DNA of 44,026 bases, counting the filler, from Jimgerdemannia flammicorona (Eukaryota), in assembly GCA_003990765.1 (NCBI GenBank). It is 2 parts of 2 records of this genome, joined end to end, with 100 filler letters (N's around TTAATTAATTAA, not from the genome) between each part and the next. Parts side by side here need not be neighbours in the genome. Positions count along the whole stretch, not along the records: positions 22,071 to 44,026 come from RBNJ01001357.1; 1 more part is not named here. One strand, 5' to 3'. Under the pieces are notes generated by a model. The model saw only the letters and a list, made by a program, of their open reading frames with translations, searched no databases and had not been told where the DNA came from. Shown here one piece after another: positions 36,145-44,026 of this stretch. Both the position numbers and the translations under genes were made by a program. Within the stretch, counting starts at the first letter, position 1, and every line of letters begins with the position of its first letter.

Positions 36145-38194
36145 TAATCCTCTCCAGCAGAGCCAGAGGAATCAGAAGGTGATGAAAATGCAAAACAAGA
36201 GCAATGGATTAAAGAAGAAATAGAAGGAAGATGCAAATGAGAATTAGAGGGTATTAAGAAAGAGACGAAAGTCCATGGTATAAAAGAGAAGAGCACAGGA
36301 CAGTGTCAGAGTGTTGAGCAACCCAGTGAGTATGATCAAATAGTACAACAAGAATTGGGGGTGGGAATGAAGAGAGGGTATGGAGAGAGTAAGAGAGGAG
36401 AGAGGAAAGAGAAGGGGGGTAAAGGGGAGAGAGGAGAGAAGAGTGAACAACAGACCATTCAACAGAAGTAAGCAGATCACAAATGATAGAAATAGGGTAG
36501 GCATAATGATGGACCACAAAGTTGCCAAGAACCTGAACAGCAGACACCCAGTCAGAATGATGGGAGCAGCAAAGTACAAGATGACAAACCTCACTATGAA
36601 TGCATTTGAGAAGAGTGCGATGAGGATGATTGGAAAGGAAGTCAGAGAACTGTTGTGAATAGAGAAACTGAGAATAGACAACAGTCCAGAAGGGGGAAAG
36701 AGAAATAAAAAGGTCCAAAAAGAGAATACTGGTTGTATCACAAACCCAAGTAATGGAATGATGGGAAGTGTAGACACTATGGAATATACCAGGAATATCA
36801 ACACTAGCAACAGTGAGAATAATAAAGCCATCAATGTATCAGTGAAAGAAGATATCTCCAGCCCAGAACATAATGGAAAGAGATGAAAAAGGATCATATA
36901 TTGCATGAAGTTCATGGGTCAGGCTGATAAGGTTGGCAAGAGTGGGGGCACAATTCATTCCCATGGCAATATCAGAAGTCTGATAAAAAGAGCCAAGGGC
37001 TGACTTGAAGTAGTTGGAGCCACAGATGAGGAGTGTAAGCTTAACAATGGAAGCCAACGAAACTGGAGAATCTAAAGCAAAAACAATGGAACCCAGGAAG
37101 CAAAGACAATCATTGATCTCATCAAAATGAATAGTAGTATAGAATGAGGAGAAGTCACCAGAGGCCAAATGGGAAAAATGGTGAATAGGTACAATGGTGG
37201 AGCAGAGAAGAGCGAGCTTCGGAGTACCATAAAGAATTGTATACTCAGGCCCAAGATGGTGTTGTAGAAGAGCCATCCAAGAGAGGAAGAAGCAGGATAA
37301 CTACTTCGAAATCTCAGTGGTAGGAGAGCAAAAAGTAGCTGTAATGGGACACAAAGCCAGAGTAGGCTTGTAGACTTTAGAAAGAGCATAGAAAACTGGA
37401 AGATGAATGTCTGATAAGGATAAAGAGTTCTGGAAGAAGTTAAAAATGGGTTTGCAAAAGGAGAATCTGAAAGCAACCTGGTGTGAGCCAGGGAAATCTG
37501 AAGGAGAGTGAGAACCTCATCCCATCCAAAAGCACTGCTTGTAAGCTATGGCTCAAAGGAGGGCAAAAAGGCCATTAAGGTAAAGTGACTTAGGAATAAG
37601 TGCAAAGTCTTGATTCTTATCAGTGACTGTGAGCAAATGCAAAGGCAATTGCTTGACCAATTTAAGTACAGTATGCATGGCACAGTCTGAAACCAAGCAA
37701 GAGCAAGTGTATCCAGGAACAGACAGCAAGCAAGCCATGTTAAGGAATATGTAGTGTGAAGAGATATTGGGAGAGGGGACTCACTTGCTAGGAATATAAT
37801 AGCAAGAGAGCATCTCACCATGATCCTCAAAGAAGATAGCAAGGTTAAGAGTATGACAAAAACATGTAAGATGAGCTGGATTAGTGAAGGAGAATTGTGA
37901 GAGAGTTATAGAAAAAACAAAGTGAGGACCCAAGGATAAGGCAAAGACTTGTAGGGGAGAAAGAGAGCAGTCAGCCAAAGAGAAAGGAGGAGACAAAATC
38001 ATTCCAAGAGAAGAATAAACCTGAAAATTTGGGATAAGCAACTGGGAAAGATAAAGAGGAGACAGTATGAGGAATTACTCAGGATATATCCAAAGTGACA
38101 ATAGAATCCAAGAAGGGATGGGGACACTGGGGGAGAACTATGCCAGGGGGAAGTTTAAGAGCAAGAGGCCTTCTCCTTCCCTCTGACTTTTTTT
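36145..38194 (-). pseudogene. Penelope-type reverse transcriptase, copy 2
   Basis: TDKNQ, GDFSSFYTTI, IAMGMNCAPTLANL, (F)LDL, SNHP...CCSH...YAYP. Confidence 0.88.
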
Positions 38195-39361
38195 GAAGAT
38201 AGTGAACCTGATGAGTGGGAGCACACCCCATCAGAGTGCCAGACCTTGTGGCCACAGGCTTTTATGCAGCCCTTACATTCAGGGGCACAGATAGAGGAGG
38301 CAGAGGAGGAGCAAGCAGCTAAAGAGATAGCAGCATGAGGAATACTACCATAGGGGCAGATGGACTTAGTCAGGTGCCAGTAGATATGGTGGAGGTGACT
38401 GGAGCAGACAATACATGGCCAGGCCCTGACAGGGTGAGAACCAAGTTGGCAGCCATGCTTGGGGGCAGGGGTAATAGAGGAAGAGGCCTTGGTGAGAGAG
38501 GGGGACTGAGAAGAGGCTGACAAAGCCTGGTTGGGCTTGGTGGGGGTCTTGGCAGGGGCCTTGGTGATGGCAGCAGTGAAGGAATGGACCTTGGCATGGG
38601 TGGCAGCATGAGCCTTGGTATGGATGGCCTCAGAGACTGAAACCTCAGGGGAGGCAGATAGGGGAGCAGTGGTGACAGCATGAGCAGCAGCAGTAGTATG
38701 TGACATTTCCTACTTGTGAAGGAGTGACAAAAGAGGTACCAGCAAGGAGGAAGCAACAAATGGCATTGATGTCAGTAGCAGTAGAGGGAATGTCTTGGAT
38801 GGCAAAGCCACAGAAAGGGGCAGCATCCTTGAGGCGGGAAGAGGTGAAGGCCACAAAAGCAGTACAGGTATGGTGGAAGGAGGTGGAGGTGGTGGCAGTG
38901 GAAGTAGCAGCAGCATCAGTGGCAGCAAGCTTGGCAGCAGCAGTAGTGGCATGAACCTCTTTGAAGAGGGCTTAGCAGTGGGTCTCAGGGAGAATAGAGT
39001 AGCAGATGGTGGACAGAGTGACAATGTTGATGTCATGGCAGAGATGAGCCTCCTTGGCAGAGAGGGCAAGAACCAACTGGAACTGAGAGAGGAGCAGATG
39101 ACCAGAAGGATGAAGGTCTAGAGGGAGGGACAGAATGGCAGATAAGACATAAGTCTTGAATGAGATAGTGGCAGGGATGAAAGTGGGGGGAGGAGGAGGA
39201 GGAAGAACCTCATCCATAACCTTATTAATAGAGACAGAGGCTCCAAGGGTAGATAGTACAGTAGTGGAGGAGGAGGGCCCAGCGGGAGCCAGGGGAGTGA
39301 ACCCAGAGCCAGTGTCAAAGCAAATAGAAGATATGTGAAAGAGCATGTAGAAGGGAGACAA
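38155..39361 (-). pseudogene. PLE ORF1, copy 2
   Basis: CIVCSSHLHHIYWH and CKGCIKACGHKVWHSDGVC; ends SSKKVRGKEKASCS*. Confidence 0.65.
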
Positions 39362-39994
39362 ACAAAGAATATAACTGAAAATGCATCAGCTATTTATTAC
39401 TATGTAAAAATGTGGTCCTTATATACAAAATACAATATCCCAAAAGGGAGGACATACCACAACTCAGGGTGAACCAAATTAGGAACCACATGACCACCAG
39501 AGATAAGCAGAGATAAAGGGAGAGCCAATCTCAGTTGCAGGATAAAAATCACAAACAAATACAAATAAAACAAATCTAAATCAAGGTTGAAAACATCTGC
39601 AGACCTCAGAGGGGTGAGCATGAGTGAGGGATGAGGCTGAAATGGAGTGAGCCACAGCAAGTCCAAGTGAAGCAAGGGGCTAAAGGCAGTGGAGGGGAGC
39701 AGAGTAAGGTCAAGACCCCCAGAGCAAGTGCAAGATATTAGAGGGGGTAAGGATGTTTTTTAATCTCAATTTGGATTTGTTTTGTTTGTATTTGTTTGTG
39801 ATTTTTATCCTGCAACTAGGATTGGCTCCCCCTTTATCTCTGCTTATCTCCAGTAGTCATGTGGTTCCTAATTTGGTTTGCCCTGAGTTGTGGTGCATCC
39901 TCCCTTTTGGGACATTATATTTTATATATAAGGACCACATTTTTACATGGCAATAAATGGCTGATGCATTTTCAGTTATGTTCTTTGTTCATCC

Positions 39995-41260
39995 CCCTTA
40001 TATATACTCTTCTATATATCTTCCATTTGCTTTGACACTGGCTCTGGGTTTTCTCTCCTGACTCCTGCTGGGCCCTCCTCCTCTATGGCTCCCACTGAAC
40101 CCTCCTCCTCTACTGCTGTACCATCTGCCCTCAGGGCCTCTATCTCTGTCGATGAGGTTATGGATGAGGTTATGGATGAGGTTCTTTCTCCTCCTCCTCT
40201 CCCCACTTTTGTCCCTACCACTGTCTTATTCAAGACCTATGTCTCATCCACTATTCTGTTCCTTCCTCTGGACCTTCATCCTTTTGGTTATCTGCTCCTC
40301 TCTCAGTTCTGGTCAATTCTTGCCCTCTTCACCAAGGAGGCTTGTCTCTACCATGACATTGACATCATCACTCTGCCCACTATCCACTACTCCATTCTCC
40401 CTGAGGCCTGCTGCCAAGCCCTCTCCGAAGAGGTTTACACTGCCACTGCTGCTGCCAAGCTTGCTGCCACTAATGCTGCTACTACTTCTGCTGCCACCAC
40501 CTCCACCTCCTTCAACCATACCTGTACTGCTTTTGTGACCTTTGCCTCTTCCTATCTCACAAACACTGTCCCTTTCTGTGGCTTTGCTGTCCAAGACATT
40601 CTCTCCACCACTGCTGACATCGATGCCATTCATCACTTCCTCCTTGCCAGTACCTCTTTTGCCACTCATCTTCATGAGTAGGAAATGTCACATACTGCCA
40701 CTGCTGCTTGTGCCACCACCACTGCTCCCCTACCTGCCTCCCCTGAGGTTTTGGTCTCTGAGGCCATCCATGCTGAGGCTCATGCTATCACCTATACCGA
40801 GGTCTGTTCCTTCATCACTGCTGCCACCAAGGCTCCTGCCAAGACCCCCACCAAGTCCAATCAGGCTTCATCGGCCTCTTCTCAGTCCCCCTTCTCTGCC
40901 AAGGCCTCCTCCTCTGTTCCCCCTGCCCCCAAGCATGACTGCCAACTTGGTTCTTGCCTCATCAGAGCCTGGCCATGTGCTGTCTGCTCCAGTCACCTCC
41001 ACCATGCCTACTGGTACCTGGCTAAGTCTGTCTGCCCCCATGGTGGTGTTTCTCACACTGCTGCCCCTTCAGCTGCTCGCTCCCCCTCTGCCTCCTCCAT
41101 CAGCTCCTCCTTCGCCTCCTCTACCCATGCCTCTGAATGTAATGGCTGCACAAAAGTCTGTGGCTGCAAGGTCTGATACTCTGATGGTGTGTACTTCTGC
41201 TTGTTGGGTTCGCTATCTTCAAAAAAAGTCAGAGAGAAGGAGAAGGCCTCCTGCTCTTAA
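39995..41260 (+). pseudogene. PLE ORF1, inverted copy (start approximate)
   Basis: ORFs 40085..40681 and 40685..41176 share one frame that ends at TAA 41258-41260. Confidence 0.65.
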
Positions 41261-42437
41261 ACTTCCCTCTGGCATAGTTCTCCCCTGATATCCCTGTCCC
41301 TTCTTGGATTCTATTGTCACTTCTGGTGTGCTCTGAGTGGTTTCTCATGCTGTCCCCCCTTCACCTTTCTCAGTTGCTTATCCTGAATTTTTGTGTTTAT
41401 TCTTCTCTTGAAATGCTTTTGTCTCCTTCTTTCTCTTCAGCTGACAGCCTCCTTTCTCCCCTTCAAGTCTTTGCTTTATCCTTGGGTCCTTGCTTTGTTT
41501 TTCCTATGACTCTCTCACAATTCTCCTTTACTGATCTGGCTTGTCTACACATTTTCATCATGCTCTTGACCTTGCCATCTTCTTTGAGGATTGTGGTAAG
41601 ATGCTCTCTCACTATTATATTCCTAGCAATTGGGTCCCCCCTCCCAATGTCTCTTCACACTACATATTTCTTAACATGGCTTGCTTGCTGTCCATTCCTA
41701 GATACACTCACTCTTGCTTGGTTTCAGACTGTGCCATGTGTACTATGCTTAAATCAGTCAAGAAATTGCCTTTGCATTTACTCACAGTCACTGACAAGAA
41801 TCAAGGCTTTGTACTTATTCCTAAGTTACTCTACCTTAATGGCCTTTCTGCCCTTCTTCGAGCTGTGGCTTACAAGCCGAGTGCTCTTGGATTGGATGAG
41901 ATTCTCACTCTCCTTTGGGTTTCCCTGGCTCACACCAGGTCGCTTTTGGATTCTCCTTTTGTAAACCCCATTTTTAACTTCTTCCAGGACTCTTTGTCCT
42001 TGCCAGAAATTCATCTTCTAGTTTTCTATGCTCTTTCAAAAGTCCTCAAGCCTACTCTGGCTTGGTATCCCATTACAGCTGCTTTTTGCTCTCCTACCAC
42101 TGAGATTTCAAAATAATTATCCTGCTTCTTCCTCTCTTAGATGGCTCTTCTACAACACCATCTTGGGCCTGAGTACACAATTCTTCATAACACTCAGGAG
42201 CTTGCCCTTCTCTACTCCACCATTGTACCTGTTCACCATTTTTCCCATTTGGCCTCTGGTGACTTCTCCTCCTTCTACACTACTATTCATTTTGATGAGA
42301 TCAATAATTGTCTTTGCTTTCTGGGTTCCATTATTTTCCCTTTGGATTCCCCAGTTTTGTTGGCTTTTATTGTTGAGCTTACACTCCTCATCTGTGGCTC
42401 CAACTACTTTGAGTCAGCCCTTGGCTCTTTTCACCAG
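41221..42437 (+). pseudogene. Penelope-type RT, inverted copy, interrupted by a LINE
   Basis: LSLGPCF, SNWVPP, TDKNQG, FYALSKVLKP, GDFSSFYTTI, NYFES..SFHQ, then a switch to LINE sequence. Confidence 0.85.
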
Positions 42438-44026
42438 TCAGTGGCGGATGTTGAGGCGCTTACAAATATAGTGGAATGGTATGAGACACACTCTGGGGTG
42501 AAACTCAACTGGCATAAGTGTGAGACATTGATGTTGGGGAATGGGTTGGTAGGAGGGGATGTCATTGGAACAATTGTCCCCACAGGAGAGGTGGTGTAGT
42601 ATCTCAGTATCTTTCTTTCTGTTTATAGATCAGTCTTGCCACAGGTGTGGTGGGAGAGGAAGGTGGTCATTTGGGGGGAGGCTCTGAGAGGTTGGGGGGG
42701 TCGTCACATCTCCCTGGCAGGGCAGGTATCAATCCTGAATGTGTACTGGTTCCCCAAGCTGTGGTATGTGGTATATCCCTTGGACTTTCCAGCCTGAGTG
42801 GTGAAAAGGCTGATGAAGATGGCTCAGGATTGGATTTGGATAGGTAGAAGGTCACAGATTAGTTGGGATACCCTTGTGGAGCCAGTGGTTAGGGGAGGCC
42901 TTGGTCTTGTGGATTTCCCTAGGAGGCTACACTGTCTGTGAGCTTGGTGGTTGGAAAGGGCAGTTGAACTACAAGGAGGAGGTTGGGTTCCGCTGATGCA
43001 GAAGGTGTGGGAAATGAGATTCTCACCCCAGGGGTCCTCCGGGGACTTGCTCTCTCTGGTGGGGCTGAATGGAAGCCAATGGCTATGTATAAGGGCTTCT
43101 GGTGGGGGGTGGTGGATGGAGCACACTGGATAGGTCTGCGCTGGTGAGGTAATGAGGGGGAGGAGGTGTGGGGCCCTGCTATGTGGCAATGGGACAGACT
43201 GTTACTAGGGGGGGTTCTACTTGTAGAGTTTGATATTGGTGATAGAGTAGAGTGTCAGCGGAGACTTGGCCAGAATCTTTGGCTGAGCAGTTGGCAGATA
43301 GTGGGGATTGGTGAGGAGTGGGACTGGACAGGAATCTGGGCCTGGAGTGCTGTGGTGCAGAGGTGGCTTCCTCCCAAGTTCTGGGTAGTATGGTGGTGAA
43401 TGCTGTGAAGGAATGTTATGTTGAATTTCTGTGCTGGGCATCTGGTGAATGGTGGCCAATTGGATTGTGAGGAGTGTTATAATATAGGGCAAGCTGGGGA
43501 TTTTGTACAGATGCCAGAACATTGGCTGGGAGAGTGTGAGGTATTGGGGGACTTTTGGGTAGCTATAGGGAACAGGCTGGGTGTAGAAAGGAGGCCGGAT
43601 GGTGAGTGAGATCGCTGGGAGGATTTGAGATCTAGACTAGTGGGAGGTATTGGCAATAGGTTGCTCACTGTAGGGTGGGTAATTGCAGTGTGGGTAGGGT
43701 TGGCTGGACATTGGCTATTTGTTTTTGAGGAAGGGTGACAGACAGAGATGTAGGAGAAGTTGGTAAGGTGGGAAGAGTTGATGGGTGATCTTCTTACTGA
43801 GTGGTGGGTGGGTTGGGGTCCTCAGGGTGGGCAATGCTGCCATCTGGTAGAAGGGATCTGTAGCCAGAGTGGTGGGAGGGTAGAGATGGTGGTTGACAAA
43901 GTAGTCTACTATCGAGAGGGTATGGGGAGGGGCCCTAGGGAGATAGGGTAGGGGTGGGGCACTGTGTAATATATAGAGGATAGATGGGTATTAATAAAGA
44001 ATGGAGTCCAAGTGACTATAAAAAAA
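42438..44026 (+). mobile_element. 5'-truncated L1/Tx1-like LINE ending in poly(A)
   Basis: GVKLNWHKCE, LNVYWFPKLW, GGLGLVDF, CEEC...EHWLGEC. Ends AATAAAGAATGGAGTCCAAGTGACTAT(A)n. Confidence 0.9.

Larger units (their letters stand above)
32002..42437. mobile_element. Array of an endonuclease-less Penelope-like element: two tandem minus-strand units (32002-35641, 35642-39261), a partial third unit acting as pseudo-LTR (39262-39765) and an inverted copy (39753-42437, +)
   Basis: The anchor GAGGGCCCAG..GAGCCAGGGGAGTGAACCCAGAG recurs with periods of 3640 and 3620 bp. The reverse complement resumes at 39753. PLE RT motifs are present in each full unit. Confidence 0.88.

Noticed and set aside
36244..36915. 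Hydrophobic 223-aa membrane-protein-like ORF, and similar Leu/Phe/Pro-rich ORFs in the array
   Set aside because: Alternate frames of the pyrimidine-rich PLE sense strand, broken in the other copy.
31970..44026. Telomeric repeats or a CRISPR-like array
   Set aside because: No (TTAGGG)n tracts and no regularly spaced short repeats were seen.

Overview
Eukaryotic, almost certainly fungal DNA. The gene style suggests an early-diverging lineage such as Mucoromycota, which is an inference. A 100-nt artificial spacer (N44-TTAATTAATTAA-N44, 21971-22070) joins two contigs. Left contig: the 3' poly(A) end of a LINE sits inside a decayed Ty3/Gypsy element that carries a dUTPase, an extra 3' ORF and a 468-bp LTR. 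It is followed by AT-rich relics, including a Sola-like transposase, and one intact CpG-rich host gene, a five-exon SCAP homologue (about 1682 aa) with an unusual Cys-rich tail. Right contig: entirely nested retroelements, namely five L1/Tx1-like LINE copies and an array of an endonuclease-less, two-ORF Penelope-like element (PLE, unit about 3.63 kb). The PLE is the most striking object. It has a candidate -1 frameshift signal between ORF1 and RT, and an inverted-repeat-closed module of GCGAAGC-type mini-hairpins on the cDNA strand. A 2.6-kb-arm head-to-head palindrome turns exactly at that module, and a 31-bp fold-back of target DNA marks the insertion junction. Together these suggest hairpin-primed, endonuclease-independent retrotransposition.
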